The notes below the pieces were generated by a model. That model saw nothing but the letters and a program-made list of their open reading frames with translations. It searched no databases and was not told the origin of the DNA. A stretch of DNA of 64,000 bases from Oculina patagonica (lineage: Eukaryota): NCBI RefSeq assembly GCF_052425735.1, contig NC_135758.1:19096001-19160000 (forward strand), in the 5' to 3' direction. Positions 13,783-28,577 of this stretch are shown piece after piece. How positions within the stretch are numbered: the stretch's first letter is position 1; every line of letters begins with the position of its first letter. The translations under genes and the position numbers were made by a program.

Positions 13783-15395
13783 CCTGAAGTCTGTTTGTTA
13801 ATTAAACCCTAAACCTCTAGTATGTAGTCACTTGACACATGCCCTCGTTTTTCGTAGTCCATCGAGCGTGAAGCGAAAAAAGAGTGTTTTTTTTTTTCAG
13901 TTTAGCTTCACGCTCGGCAGACTGAAAAAGAGGAACTGCTCTTTGTCTATTTTTTATAAATACCCGATTCCATCACAGGGGACTTGGAGAATAAGACACC
14001 CAACATGCAACCCTGATATAGTTCTCCTTGGTCTCCTTGGGGGACCTCATATGAAATGGATGGCGTTGCTTGTCTTCTCCCTTAGGGTTGTAAACTTGTC
14101 CAAACAAAATCACAAGAAATAAAATATATCTGGAGAATAATGATATCACGAAAAGAAGTTATTTAATTATGATATAAAAAAAGCTTCTTAGATGATCCAA
14201 AACTAGTTTCGAGAAAGAAAAATATCGAGAAGCCATGACCCACTTAATTTCTCTGAACTGTCAATCTCTTAAAGTTCTTTCAGCCGTTTATTTAGCTTCA
14301 TTCCTGCCGCCTAACAATTTGTCTGAGAGCGGCAAGACAATCAGATCAAAGACTTTTTTCTTCGAATGTCAACGCAATCTTTGACCACTGTTGACTATTT
14401 ACACCTGGCTGTCAAGTTGTTTAAATCCCCAGATCAATGGCCTTTCAAAATCCCTCTCTTGTTTGTTTAGGTTTGTTTGGTAGTTAAAATCCGTGAGCAT
14501 TTTTGCCATAACTCAATCACTAACCGCCAAGGATTGCTCAATGATGAAACATGTGCAAACTTTGGATTTTCCCAGTTGATAAGTACTAAAAACTGATTGC
14601 TTACTTTAAAAAGTTAATATGTGGGCCTATCTATATATACTGCGATCATAGCAGATTTATATACTTGTGAAAACAATGTTGACAACGAATTGTTAACTTG
14701 TTCATGGGTCTTAAGTAGAAATTTAATTATTTTTTGCAAATATCAACCTTAATCAGGTAGTAATTTATGCGTTTATCGATATTAAACAAATAATAATTTC
14801 AGCAGAAGATTCAATGATTTCTATCACATCAATAAATCTAACATTCGTGTCTCTGACTGGTTTTGTTTTGTGTTTCAGTTCTTTTTTTCTTTTTTCGCTT
14901 TTTTTTGATGAGCATTAGTCACGGTCAACGACTTCTAGAGTGTGAAGCACCAACAGCTACTCAAGCGTGCGAAATCGGTTCTTTTGTTTTGGTTGCCGGT
15001 GAAGCGAGTCAATCAGCCAATGAGAGGACTCGAAATGATTTATTTATGTCTCACTGAACTTGACTGGCCTCACGAAATTACAAGAAAAAGAGCAGCTTAT
15101 CGGACCATCTCGTGGCTAAAATGAGGAAATGTAAAGCACATGTTGGATAGCTACCCCGATCAACACAACGTTTCCTCGGAGACCGAAAGCAGGATCAAGC
15201 ATTCGAGAATTTCTCACGTGTAATCGTGACGTAAGGGCAATCGCAAACATGGCAGACGGAGCGGTAGTAGAGTTCATAAAATCTTTAGTGGTCGCTAAGA
15301 AAATGGGCGCTTGGTGCTTACGATCGTAACGTATCAGGCTATCGATATATTAATTCATCTTCAAAGGACTGTGTGGCGATTTATTTTTATTCGCC

Positions 15396-18300
15396 ATGAA
15401 ACCTAGACACATGAGTATCCGTGGTGTTGTGACGATGTTCGGCGGGTTGATTTTTGGCTTCACTGTGGCTTTGTTCCTCAGGCAGAATCTTTTACCCGTA
15501 CAGACCCGGCGATGCCATATGAACTTCGTTAGAGACGTACGGCCGAGAACTATGGCTAAAGATCTCGGCTCTCGCCATCTGATCTTCATTGGTGTAATGA
15601 CTGCCGAGAAATTCCTCGACTCGCGAGCGAAAGCCGTGTACGATACTTGGGGTAGAAGTGTCCCGGGCAAGCTGGAATTTTTCTCCAGCGGCATGTCCCA
15701 AAAGAAGATGGAACTCCCAGTCGTGAGTCTACCAGGCGTGGATGATTCGTACCCTCCACAGAGGAAATCTATGATGATGTTGAAGTACATGCACGATAAC
15801 TACATCGAGCAGTTCGACTGGTTTATGCGATCTGATGATGATGTTTACATAAGAACTGAGAAACTCGCGAGCTTTCTTCACTCCTTGAACAGTTCTCAGG
15901 ACATTTATCTCGGCCAAGCAGGTACAGGAGCGAAAGACGAGAAAGGCTTGCTAGGCCTGGGCTGGGGGGATAATTTCTGTATGGGTGGCCCTGGAGTTAT
16001 TATGAGCCGAAGCGTATTGAAAAAGGTTGTACCTCACATTGAATATTGTCTGAAAAATCTGCTCACGTCCCATGAAGATGTCGAGGTTGGACGATGTATT
16101 AAACGTTTTGTGGGAATTCCGTGTACTTGGTCTTTTGAGGTAAGTTTTTGTCTTTTATTGTTCGTAATGATTGAATCATTTTTTATTCTGGTTTATGGCT
16201 TTTAATGTATGGTGATTATCATTTGGTGCGTAGGAGTCTGAATCAAACATCGCAATGTTATTAAATTTACTTTGGAGCTTATTGTTTTAATTGAGTGTTT
16301 CAGGATGATATTTTTGATGGAGCCTTCCCACTCATTGATTTGTTTAGGTTTTATCCCTTTATATTCAGGAAGTTCATGTCAAGTAAATTTGCATTTTCAA
16401 GATTAAAATTTCTATGACAGATTTAAAAATAATTATTTTTATCTTTTTTAAATCATATAATGTTTTGTACATAAGTATTTAATTTTTATTAGATCTAAAT
16501 TTCAGATAAGGAAATCAGATAAGATTTTAAGATAAGAAAACGTTGTATTGTATCCAATACAATTTTGTCTAATAAGTTTTTGCCCTACTGAATGAATAGC
16601 CTGATAATGCAAAAACATTGAATATGAAAATTGAACAGAAAAAGATATTTCTTATCTTATTGTTCAAGGGCTATTAAATTAAGCTGCAACATTCTCATTG
16701 ATGTATAAATTAAAAATTCAGGCCCTATTCAGTAAGCATTTGACTGCATGGCTTTAATATTTTTGGAAGTGCCACTCATGTATCCAGCCAGACTAATAAG
16801 TCAGCATTACACTGGTTCTGCTTTGGCAGAATTCTGAAAATTGGTCATAATTTATAACCTTTTTGTCCCGTCTCTGTACTGATTGCTACATAATTTTTAT
16901 TTTGCCACATCACTCACTTCCGCCTCTCCTGGTGGGGAATAGGGGTCAGAAATTCTGTTAAAAGCATGTTATTTAGAAATGGATCCAGACAGAGGTGCTT
17001 AAACAAGGGGAAAGGGGGCTGAAGTGAACGTCTTCCTTTTCTTGCTTAAAAAAGGGGGATGTGGGATGAAGGTGTGGGCCTTTCCTTGCTCTAATAACGG
17101 ATCTAAATCCACCACTGTTATTTTATATAAAAGTATATGTGAAGTATATGCAATTGCATATACTTTGTATATTTAACTTCCCTTTGTGAGAATAGAACTG
17201 TATTTTTGATGGCAAGTACTAAAACCTGAAACAACGAAACGAAACTACTGAAACGAAACGACTGAAACCACCGAAATGACCGAAACGAAGCCGCCGAAAC
17301 AACTGAAACGGCCGAAACAAGCAAAGTGATACAAATTCACCCAAACAAGACAAGCAAAACTTCAAGATTTTCGTCACTTACCGTTCTATACACTCCGTTT
17401 AGCCCACTATACACCCCGGTTAGCCTACTATACACTCCTGTTGGCCTACTACACACTCCTGTTAGCCTACTTTTCACTTAGGTTGGCCTACTTTGCACTC
17501 CGGTTAGCTCTCAATAATTGTAATGGTTTTGCTTGTTTCGGTGATTTTGTTTCGTTTCCCTCGTTTTGGTTGTTTTGGCGGTTTTGTTTTGGTCGTTTTG
17601 GTGGTTTCGCTCATTTCGGTTGTTTCGTTTCGGTGGTTTCGTTTCGTCGTTTCAGGTTTTAGTACGTGCTTTTTTGATAGCAAGCTGGTGGTAGTTGACA
17701 GTATGAAGGATGGGAAATAATGGGAAAATAATGCCTTATTTGGTATACAGTGGGACCTTGGTTTAACGAATGTCTATATAACAAAGTCTTCAGTATAGCA
17801 AACCATATTCTTTGTCCCAGTAATAGTGTAATATATGGAAAAGAGCACCAATATAATGAACCTTGTTAATTATTGCAAACATATTTTGCCAGTCCCTTGT
17901 CCCTTCATTAAATCCAGGTTCCACTGAACATGTTGCATTATTTGGGACCAACCCATCGGCATATGAAAATAGTAAGTCTTACTTAACATAACATTTTCTG
18001 CCACAGCGTGTCAAGCGCTTCAACTTTGTCAAATCACCCAATTCCATTTTAAGCTGTCACAAATCTCTGTACGATATCATGTGTCAGAGTTTACTCCGTT
18101 TGACCCTTAAAGTGGATTTCCACTGTCCCATAATTTTACGTACTTTAACAGGCCTAAATACTAACTGGCATTACATGTGTAAAATAAAACAAAAAATGAT
18201 GAATATAGCTTTCATCTGTGAAAAAAGTTGAGCCACATTTAAGGCGGCGAGATGTCCATCCTTTTTCTCTATATAATTTTTATTTTTCGCATGTAAAGCC

Positions 18301-21300
18301 AGTTTAATTCATGCCCGGTAATGTGCATAAGATTGCACAATAGTGGAAATCCATGCACTATTGATGTTAAGTAGCTGATTGTGAATACAGGGCAGCTGTG
18401 CTTGCACAGTGCTTTCCAAGTTGCCCTGGGCAACTAGTTTTTGTCTCCAGGCAACATAGTTGCAATTTTTGTACCTGACAGAAGTGATGTTTTCATTGCC
18501 ATAATACAGGCCAAATTTGAAATTCTTTTACCGGTAATACTCTATTGCACTTAATATACTAATATACTTGAAAATTTCTATGATTGGTTAAATTTACTGG
18601 TAAAAAACACCATTTTTAAGCAGATATTTGTTTTATTCAATTAAAAGGCTTATTGACAATTTGCAATTTTTGTAAGGGCTGGGCACAATTAACTTATCCG
18701 AGTTTATGTCTATTATGGATGTTAGAAAATGTCAAGCTGATGAAACTTTAGCCCAAAACAATATTAAAGCAAATCTATTTTTCTTTAAATGGCTTTTTAT
18801 CTTGGCAGAATATTTAATAGCTAGACTGTTTGTTTTTCCAGCTGTTCGCCTGCAACTTTTTCTCAATCGAATTGTTTATTTTTTGTCTTTTTAACATGTA
18901 TATCTGTGCTAATTGTGTAAATGTGGTAGTGTGAAGGTGAATCACAGGGAATGACAGAGTATTGTCATCTGTGTATAATTCACAGTGTGTTCCCATTAAA
19001 TGGAAACATAAAATTTTAATGGAAAGGCTGTCAGGAGGTGTTAATTACTATTATGATTTCTTTCTATCCAATTGAAACAAGGTGTTAAAATATCCAAAAT
19101 ACATCAAAAAGTTTTTTTGTTGGAGAAAGATAGTTATTTAGCTTTATAACATACTTTGGTTTAAGGATAATATATTTTAAAAAAATATTACATTGTGGCG
19201 ATTTTAGTGGTAAAAAAAATTAAGTTTAAGGGAGGCGGTCGAGGTTTCCAAGGCGAGGCTAATACTGTATTTAATACTGTATTTTAATTTTTGCCTTACT
19301 AATAATTAATATTGATTTATAACTATCGTAATAATCTTTTGGCTGGCTACATTTAATTTGGAACTATTTGTAACTTATTGAATCTTTAGCTGAATCCTTT
19401 GTATTACAATTGATTTAATGGACTAATTAAGAAACAATCAAACAAGGTTAAATTTGTAACCTTTATTTGTGAAATTTTGAAATAATTTTCAATTAATACG
19501 TGTAGTATAAATCTTTGAAGTAGTTGTTTGAAAATGCAGTCCATTGACTCTATGGAATGTTAAAACAATCTAATTAGCATAACTACAGTCAGTTCAGTTC
19601 TTTTGATTCAAGCTTGGTTCTATAAATCAGCAAGGACCTCTACTGGACAAACTCAAAGATTTAGGTGATTACAATAAAAAATCGCTATCAAACTGAACCT
19701 AGAAGGCAAACCTCCTCATGATCCTTTCGAAATTGATGTTTTCGGTTGTATCACGCACGAAGAATGCGTCCCTTTAACTTGTACAAAATAGCTAATAGAG
19801 AGCAAGCTTTTCTTACAAATGTGAACTAGTCAGGCCTTTCAGAGATTTTCAATTAAACAAAAACACTAAGTCCGCAGCGGATTCTATTTCTCAATTTACA
19901 ACTTGTAGTACGTGCTACAGCTAGGCTTCGTCTTCAGTTTTTGGCAACAGTTTCTCAATATCATCAGATGAGTGAACTTACTTTCAACAGCCACTTTATC
20001 CATTTGATCACCATATCACAATGCTTTCACCTGTTGCTTGTTGTAAGCCACAGTTATTACGTCCCTGAATTCGCGGAAACGTCGCGATTTGCGTATCTAT
20101 ATATTTGTAAACCCACTCCAGCTACTAAATTATTTGCTTCTTGACAGTTCTACTGCTTACTCACTAATTAATGTATACATGTTTTCATTTCCTGTTACGC
20201 ATGAACGGCAATATCAAGCATGGTTCTACCCATTCCCCCTAAGGTTTTCACCTTGTTCTTTCTTATTAACTCGAGAGCCGATTTCGCCATTTTACGGCTA
20301 GTAGACGTGAGAGTGGAAGAAAAAAAACTTTTCTTTATTGATGATTATTTGGAATACTGCTTTGTTGCAGAGTTTCCCTACGAAACTAGGATGTTTTTTT
20401 GTAGACGCATAAGATCATTCTCTCCTACCTTGTTGTTACTAATTTTCGCGGGACTTAATTTCGCGATTTTCCAAAAATCGCGAAATTTAAGACCCGCGAA
20501 AATTTATTTTTAACGTTTTTTATTGTATTTTTTATGTAAGTTATGTATTTTTTGGCCAAATCGCGAAAATTAAGTCCCGCGAAATATGCCTGTTCCATTT
20601 TAAATAAATAAAATTAGTAACAATAAGGTAGTAACAGTAAGGCGAAACGTTTGTTACATCTGAATGGTTCTTGAAATATTACGAGTCTCGACACATTTTA
20701 GCGAGGCTCGAAATCTCGGCTTCGCAAACTAGCAAATTGTGCTAGTTTGCTGTAATTCTGTAATTATTAGTTAGTTTAGTTAGGTGAATAGATCTTCATT
20801 TTATTTATTTTTTAATATTGTTTGCTGAAGATTTTTTTTAACCGTGTTTAATAATTTGATCTGATCTGAGTTGTCTGACGATCGAAACGTCGTATGCTGT
20901 TAGGGGTTTGGGGTGGGGGGGTTAGATCAGCTTAGCATGGAAACAAATCCTCGTGTTCTAACATATATTTGTTCTTTTTGTCGTAGATGCAAGCTCTATT
21001 CTACCACAATCAAAGTAAAACACAGGCGTTTCACGGTAATCTAGACACCAAGTCCGTCCGTAAAGCCATCACTCTGCACCCGGTAAAACAGCCTTCCTAT
21101 ATGTACCGCCTGCAGTCACATTTTATGACCATGCGCATTCAGGACCTTCAGCACCAAGCAATCAAACTGCAAAGAGTCCTCAAAAACATGGATCGACTGC
21201 TGAACGCCACGATAAGTTCGCTTTCAACTGAGGAGAAAACCAACCTTCAAGGCGCACGAGATTTCCATCATCAACTCAGCTCTAAATACTTTGAACCGTG

Positions 21301-22432
21301 GGACATGTTCAGCGCGCAGAAGTATTACTCCGAAGCCACGCTTCAACCGCCAGAAACGGGCATGCGGGACCCGTGGAAAGATGGACTAAATCACGTGCTT
21401 GGGCAGACAATGGGGTTGATAAACGAAGAGGCAAAGCGAGTGCTTCATCGCAGCCTCGAGTTCAAGAAACTCAATCATGGCTACATGCGAGTGCATCCCC
21501 TTTACGGCGCTCAGTACGTCATGGACATGCTCATGAAGTATCACCGGCACATTGGACACAACAGAAGGCGTATGACGGTGCACGTGCGTCATCACGCTTT
21601 CCTACAACTGCCCTTTGGTAACATGGTCTACCGAGCTGAGCCCCTTGTAAAAGAGGTCCCCACGGTCCATTTTATCCTTCCACTGACGGGTCGCATTGGC
21701 ACATTTCGTCGTTTCATGAAGAATTTCGAGGACGTTTGCCTTAAACGCCGTGAAAGTGTTAAACTTCTGGTGGTATATTTCCCTTCTGTCTCTCCTCCTC
21801 ACGAGCATAAAACTGTTATGAAGCACTATCAGACCAAATATCCGGAAGCGGATCTGTTGTGGCTTGAAGCTATTGGGGATTTTTCACGTGGCTTAGCTCT
21901 TTCTCTTGGAGCAAACCAGTTTGACAGGAAAGCTTTGCTGTTCTTTTGTGACGTCGATTTGGTATTTAACGCGCAATTCCTTTATCGTGCCCGTATGAAC
22001 ACAATCCTCGGTCAGCAAGTTTATTATCCCATGGTATTCAGTCAGTTCGATTCAGAGATAACATACCCCAACCATACGGAACCCCACACCCAGTTTACAG
22101 TGAACAAGGACGCTGGATTTTGGAGAGCTTATGCGTTTGGCATAGTGGCTGTTTATAACCACGATATCCGCGCTGTCGGAGGATTTGACACAACAATTCA
22201 AGGATGGGGTCTGGAAGATGTTGACTTGTATGAGAAGTTTGTTAAACAAGAGGAGATTAGTGTCTTCCGTGCGGCCGATCCTGGGCTCGTACATGTCTAT
22301 CACCCAGTAATCTGCGATCCAAAACTTGTAGATCGGCAATATGCAATGTGCCAAGGTTCAAAGGCCTCGGGCTTTGGCTCGGAGAAGTCGATAGTTCGTC
22401 ATATGTTATCCAAAGGGTATATAAAAAGATAA
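15396..22432 (+). CDS. CHSY1: Chondroitin sulfate synthase 1-like, join(15396..16139,20987..22432), ~729 aa
   Basis: Type II TM anchor. Motifs LIFIGVMTA, LPGVDDSYPPQRKS, FDWFMRSDDDVY, FCMGGPG, HEDVEVGRCI, CTWSFE|MQALFY, LFFCDVD, GGFDTTIQGWGLEDVDL. Confidence 0.93.
17213..17670. mobile_element. Foldback/MITE-like element with GAAAC-rich inverted arms and internal ~21-bp tandem repeats
   Basis: GTACTAAAACCTGAAAC.ACGAAACGAAAC at the left end is matched by GTTTCGTTTCGTCGTTTCAGGTTTTAGTAC at the right end. Internal repeats are TAGCCTACTATACACTCC. Confidence 0.7.
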
Positions 22433-24272
22433 TTATATTTTCCAGTCCTGGTTTAGTCCATGGATTGGTGCAAATTTTAGCTGCTGAGGTTAGAAAAACT
22501 TTAGCCTTTATTTAATTATTACTAGCTTTTAGCTCGTTTTTAGCTCTGGTTTGAATCTTGATGGTATATTGAAGCTTCAAAATTTTTTACGTGAGGTTTT
22601 TTAATCATTTTATTTATACGCTTCTGGCATGAACACAGGCCAATGAGTTGAGATTTTCCATATAGCTCTCTTTTCGCTTATAATTGCGTTTTGGTGCTAT
22701 TATCTGTTAGATTTGTGGTATAGAATTGTCTTTTAGATATTTATTACATTAATATTAAAAGTATCTATTTACACAGAGTAGTCTTCATTTTGCCACTCGA
22801 ACACCTTCCGTTCTTCTTTCGTACCCGTATCCCTTCCCGGGGGGAGGGGAAGCCCGTGGGGGAGGGGGAGGGAAGAGTAAGCCGAAAGTTGTTGTGTGGA
22901 ATTTGTCGTATTCCAGTCACACCACATTCCTGTATACCACCTGTTCAGGATTATTTTCCTTTTCCCGTTTTTCTATAAAAGAGTTTTGGTTTTGTAGAGT
23001 GAACCGGAAATTTGCCTCACCGGAAGTTAGGTTGCGCGCGCGCGGATTGATTGACATATTAAGTTTCAAATAAAAGTCCCCGGATATAGACGAGGACGCT
23101 TACGCCATAAAAAATCTCGTGATTGCCCCTTGTTTTGTGGTAGTTTTTTATCGAGACATTTGTCAACTGGAACTTCGGATTTTCGAACGGGAAAGTTAGT
23201 GGGAACATGAGGAGAAACAACACTCTCTCAATATATCACAGAGTATAGGTTACGTAAAAAACTGAAAGAGTAAAAATTTGCAAACTAGTTTCCCGACCTA
23301 GAAAAAGTATGGAAAGTAAATAGATTGTGGAAGTCCTGGCGAATGTCTGGAAAAATGCAAAAATTATGGGGTTGGCAATCTGCAACAAGTGCTTAATCAG
23401 GCTAATAGTGGAATCTTTGTTAGGTAGTCAATCGAATTTCATGTTCAATCGCAGATCGAATATTGAATGTTTGGGAAATATGTAACTTCGCACGGAGAGC
23501 CTCGCTTCCCGTAGTCGTTCTTTCCTTTATACTACGGGAAATGAAGTACTTCGCAGAAATCTTTGCTTTTTGGGATACGTGCCTCAAGTTGAATAGGTCA
23601 ACTTAACTGGGAGATATATGACATATCTAAAATAAGGTATAGGAATTTAACGAAGCATTTAACGAAGCATTTTAACAACGCGAACAAAATTTACGCGTAA
23701 TAAAATTAACGCGAATTTAAGAAAAGTTCTGGTTAAATCCTTATGGTAAAAAACATCAATAAAATTAACGCGAATTTTTGAAATTCGCGTTAATAATATG
23801 TATCGTTAATTTCCTATAATAAGGTATATAGAAGCACGAGCTAAAGGAAAGAAAGCCGTTCCCGTTCTTGTTTTTTTTTTTCATGACTCATATCGTCTAT
23901 AACTCGAGCTGAAGCTTTGAATTTATGCAAGTTTAGCTAAGTTTGCTCGTACTTATGCGCCAAACTCAGCAAAATAAACAGAAGTTTCTTAACAGACTTA
24001 CCTTTCTATTAGGTGAGCACCAGTATCGTGAAACTGAAATTTTAACGCTTTTCTTTGCTTCCACGTCGCCTATGATCGATGCCCGGCGAGTCGGCGACGG
24101 TTCAGTTCTGTCTCAAGCCACGGGCATCTCGCGTCAGAAAATGGCGCGAAAATAAAAGCGCGATCGAGCTTACTGTTTTTTGATTGGATGAGGGCTACTC
24201 ACGCTGAATCGGAATCAAGGGACGGGGATGTTGGTCGTCTCACTTACCTAGAGCTAGGGGAGTACCGTACAT

Positions 24273-24679
24273 CTACCGTAATGATTCGATTTAGCGCCCT
24301 CCTTTCAATAAGCGCCCCCTTCCGAATAAGCGCCCCCCTTCGAATGTGTTTTTGTTAATAAGCGCCCCTATTCCAATAAGCGCCCCCATTCTAATAAGCG
24401 CCCCCATTCTTATATGCGCCCCTATTCTGAAAAGCGCTCCTATTGTGGCTAACTGAAACTCATGAACATTCACCGTACCGCACATGCATATATTTACTGC
24501 TAAAATGAACAATTCTTGTAATTCAATTCGTTTAATATTTTAATATGTATTAAAGTTTTGTTTTTAACATGGGGTTGTTTCGCAAAAATTAAATAAGCGC
24601 CCTGTCTCGAATAAGCGCCCTCCCTTAAGGTGCCAAAAGTAAATAAGCGCCCCGGGCGCTAAATTGAATCATTACGGTA
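24273..24679. mobile_element. MITE with tandem ATAAGCGCCC motifs
   Basis: TIRs TACCGTAATGATTC.ATTTAGCGCCC / GGGCGCTAAAT.GAATCATTACGGTA and about a dozen ATAAGCGCCC-like motifs. Confidence 0.75.
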
Positions 24680-25043
24680 CGTACGGGTTTGGGTCTAACT
24701 TAGGGCCGGTTCAGGGGCCCGTTTCTCGAAGGTCCCGAAATAAAAGTTTTCGCACCCGAAAAGCCATAGCAAAATCTCAAACCTTATAATTACAGAACTG
24801 ATTAATTCCATGATATTTTTCATATGAACAGAGGTTTCCTTCATACAAAGAGGTCTACAAAGTTTCAGGCTTATACACTTCTCTGTTTTTTAAAAACAGA
24901 TAATTTAACATGGCTTTACGGGCCTCTGGACATAATATTTTATTTTCTTGTCTTGCACGTGAAGAAATAAATAACGCCATCAAAATGGTACCTTCTTGAG
25001 GTACACCGACACAAAGGCACCGACACTTTTTTCACATGTTACG

Positions 25044-25278
25044 TTAGGGACGGACCATTATTTTTTTGGAGGGGGGGATGAAAAATATTGAAAAAACTTG
25101 TTTGCAGGGCCTGGAAAGACAAAATAAATTGTTTGCAAACACGATATGTATGACAAAAAATAGTAAGAATTTCGAAAAAAAATGTTTGCAGAGGTGCATA
25201 AACTAAAAAAAAAAGTTTGCAGAGGAAAATTTTTCATCCCCCCCCCCCCCCTCCAAGAAAATAATGGTCCGTCCCTTA
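25044..25278. mobile_element. MITE; same family as the copy in the ATP-grasp intron
   Basis: TIR AGGGACGGACCATT / AATGGTCCGTCCCT. Confidence 0.7.
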
Positions 25279-25412
25279 CGTATCTATTTTTATCCCAAGA
25301 AAGCGCATTGCGTGAACGAAATCAGAGACATCATTTCCGGTTTTATTCAGACATATCGACAGTGACCAACTCCAAGTGATTCGACTCTGATTCGAGCAAT
25401 TTAAAATTGATC

Positions 25413-26264
25413 ATGAAACGTTATGACTACGGCCTGATCGCTGGTCTACCAGCTCTTGCAACAAGCTGTGTTCCCTTAATTGTTTTCGTAGCCATGAGCT
25501 TATGCTGCAGGGAGAAGGCTAAAGCTCTGCTCCACTGGATTGTCTCAAATGCTTTCTCCGCCATTATCACAAGGAAAATTGACAACGGTCTCACAAGATG
25601 GTATTTTAGAGACATCGAGCTTACGCGCTCGGAAGAACTTTTGGGCAAGGTTTTTTCTAGCCTTTTTGGGCTGTACTTTTTGTTGTTCACTATGGCTTCG
25701 TCTCTATTCTGGGAAACACTGCTGCTCAACATTAGCTACACTTGCAATCCGGACGACGGTTCTGTTTCCATGGAGTGTTTCGAGTACGATCTCAAAGAAA
25801 ATGTGGAGTTCTGGAAGGCGTTTTCGAAGCTTGGAGAAGGTCCGATCGATTGCAATAGTGCCAAGGTTCTAAACGGATCCGTAGGTGTGATCTGCTACCA
25901 GATGGTGTTCAACATCGGTGCAGCCTCCGGGGCTAGCTATGGTGGATTCAAGCTCTCCATGATCGCAGTTAATGCAGCTGCAAGCGCCATGCTGTTGCAC
26001 AAACGTTCAGCAAGCATAACCAGGACAAGAATTATCGTGGGATTACTGTTGACTGCAATTTATGCGGCGTTTTTGGCTTCTCAAGTTGTCGAAAGCGAGA
26101 AGGGGTCATCCAGCTTGATCGTAACCCTCGATTCGCACAGTTTGGCTATTTATTTGCAGATGGTTATGGGATTTTTGGCTGGATTTGCATTTGTGTTTTA
26201 TATCCCTTGGAAAGAGTTGGTTACCTTTCAAAATCATTTGTACCTTTATGATCCCATTGTTTAG
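25413..26264 (+). CDS. Single-exon multi-pass membrane protein of unknown function (~283 aa)
   Basis: Long ORF with ~5 hydrophobic segments and a Cys-containing loop (TCNP..ECFE..PIDCNS..VICY). No family recognised. Confidence 0.65.
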   Translation: MKRYDYGLIAGLPALATSCVPLIVFVAMSLCCREKAKALLHWIVSNAFSAIITRKIDNGLTRWYFRDIELTRSEELLGKVFSSLFGLYFLLFTMASSLFWETLLLNISYTCNPDDGSVSMECFEYDLKENVEFWKAFSKLGEGPIDCNSAKVLNGSVGVICYQMVFNIGAASGASYGGFKLSMIAVNAAASAMLLHKRSASITRTRIIVGLLLTAIYAAFLASQVVESEKGSSSLIVTLDSHSLAIYLQMVMGFLAGFAFVFYIPWKELVTFQNHLYLYDPIV

Positions 26265-28089
26265 TGGGTTTAAGACAACAATTGGAGAATCAAACTAAGG
26301 GGGATTTGTGTCGAGGGAGCGAGAGGCCTAGAGGAAGGGAAGTTTTTCTGGTATCCCTTACATCTCTTATTTGGCTTGTCACGCAATAATTTTATCTTAT
26401 CTATGTGGGCCTCTTATCAGTGTGTGTGTGTGTGTGTGGGGGGGGGGGGGCTAGGGGGTGCATAATAGCGGGAGAGGCTTATTTCTGTTTTAATGCTTCA
26501 AAACGCATGGACTTATTAGAAGGGGGACTTGATAGATAAGGAAAGAGAATTCTTTATTATCTCTCTGACTAACCCTTGTAGTAGACTCCTAAACCTTTTG
26601 GTCAGGTCAAAACCATTTACATTTTGTGTTATACAAAGGAAACTATAGTACAGTACTATATTTCAGGTTTTAGTGGTAAGTTTTTTATCAAAACTGTTAA
26701 TAAGAGCTCGATGTAACAGGTGGATTGGATTCAAAAACCGTGTTGCTAAAACAAAATTAAAATGTCATCAGGTCCCCAAAGAGAAAAGTTCTTGGATCCT
26801 AAGGCCTTAATCAGTCATTCTTGGAGTCCCGAGGCAGTGCAGTGCCTATTTTTTTTACAACCCGGGCCCGAAAGCCTTGCAGTTCCTAGTCTGGAGCCCT
26901 GAAACCCAAACCCCTTGGGAACCGTTAACCTATTTAATCCCACTGTGCACAGGAGAAAAGAGATCCTATCAAGGATCATAGGCACGCAATGTGTCCAGAG
27001 GGCCGAAGATATTATTATTCATGACCAGGAAACTGCATGTATTTACTATTACACTCGCTTCTAATGGAGAGTTGCAGTTTCTTCTGTTGTAGCTTTATAC
27101 TTTTATCAATGGAACAGATGAATACACTTGAAAGAGACAGTGACATACAAGTATGATTATTTTTTATTTCATTTCATTATTATTTCTCTAACATTATTAC
27201 AGTAAACATTGATTCTTTCTCACAATATATTAAGTAAATTTGTATTTTTAATAATATTATTGTCTTTTTCTTACAAAATGTGTGGTTCCAGGAAATATCC
27301 ACAACCACCCAAAGGAAAACCACTGGTGGTGTAGCATAGGAGGCTACTGGTGGTGGTTTTAAAAGCCAAATTCTTAAAGAAAAGTATGAAGCTAAAATGA
27401 ATTTCAAGAGGGTGGGGTACATACCAAAAAATGTCTGTAGGAGGGACTGGGTATAGATATTTTCTGCAACACAATGGAAAAAATCCAAGGCTCTGCTGTT
27501 GGAAAAAAAATTAGGAAAGCCAAAGGCTCCAAACTATGAACTTTTGGGGCCTTGCACTTTACATTTAGGCAAAAAAGTGATCATTTTGTCAAGTCAAAGT
27601 TTAGGTCAAGTACCTGGGAGTGTCACCCAGTAAGGATAAAAAATACGACATAACTTTAGTTCTATACAACTCCATAAATTAACTAATCAGGACAGATGAT
27701 CTGAGATAATTATATCCTCCTCTCAATGAACAGTGTATGCAACCTATTAAATATATTATATTTCAGTTCTTCAGGCTCTGTTACAATGCATAAAGCTAAA
27801 TTTACCATTCCAAACATGCACATGGCCATTTGAGTCATTGCAGTTTTATACATTTATGAGTTTATGCTTTGTATGGCCACAAAACTATTATTTCCTTACA
27901 AAAAATTAAATCTTACTTTTATAATAAATGAACACCAGCAAATAGATCTTTAACAATATTGTAATAACGATTTTTACTTTATTGTTGTCTTCATCTGTTC
28001 ACTGACATTTAGCCAGATGGGTGTCTGGGCATCTTTTGGACATCTACATTTTAGAGAATTCTGGATTGTGGATCTGCTGGCTTGAAAGT

Positions 28090-28286
28090 TAGGGGTGTCG
28101 AATGGTTAATGCGAGACTTTGCGAGACGACGAGACTGATATCTTTTCTGCGAGCCCAGGCCTTTTTAGCCTTGCAAAAGAAATGGAGACTTCAAGAAGGC
28201 ATCAAAGCAAAAAATTTGAGATGACGAGACCCCTGAAATTTGGCTAAAATTTTGCGAGGCACGTAAAGGACCATTCACCACCCCTA
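28090..28286. mobile_element. MITE-like repeat; second copy at ~29005-29208
   Basis: TAGGGGTGTCGAATGG...ATTCACCACCCCTA. Two highly similar copies ~900 bp apart. Confidence 0.7.
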
Positions 28287-28577
28287 AAGTTATTTGTTAA
28301 CAAATTTGAAAATCTTTCTGGGGATAACCACTTTTGAAATCTTAACTAAAAGCTTGCATCCAACCTAAATACTGTTTTGTCTTAATTTGACGAGGGTTCA
28401 TTGAGTACTCGTGACCCCACAGTTGTTCTGTTTGTTAAAAAAAGAAAACTTGCTAAGAGTCTCAACTGGCATGGGTGTGACCAGTTAGCTATATTTACAA
28501 TAAAGATTCAATCAACAGTAACAAAAATTGTAAATGGTTGAAGTACCATTTTGTATCAGTTACATACGAGCCATTGT

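Noticed and set aside
24273-24679. CRISPR-like repeat array (also 43785-44030 and 17390-17510)
   Set aside because: No unique spacers of regular length and no cas genes. These are eukaryotic MITE-internal or minisatellite repeats.
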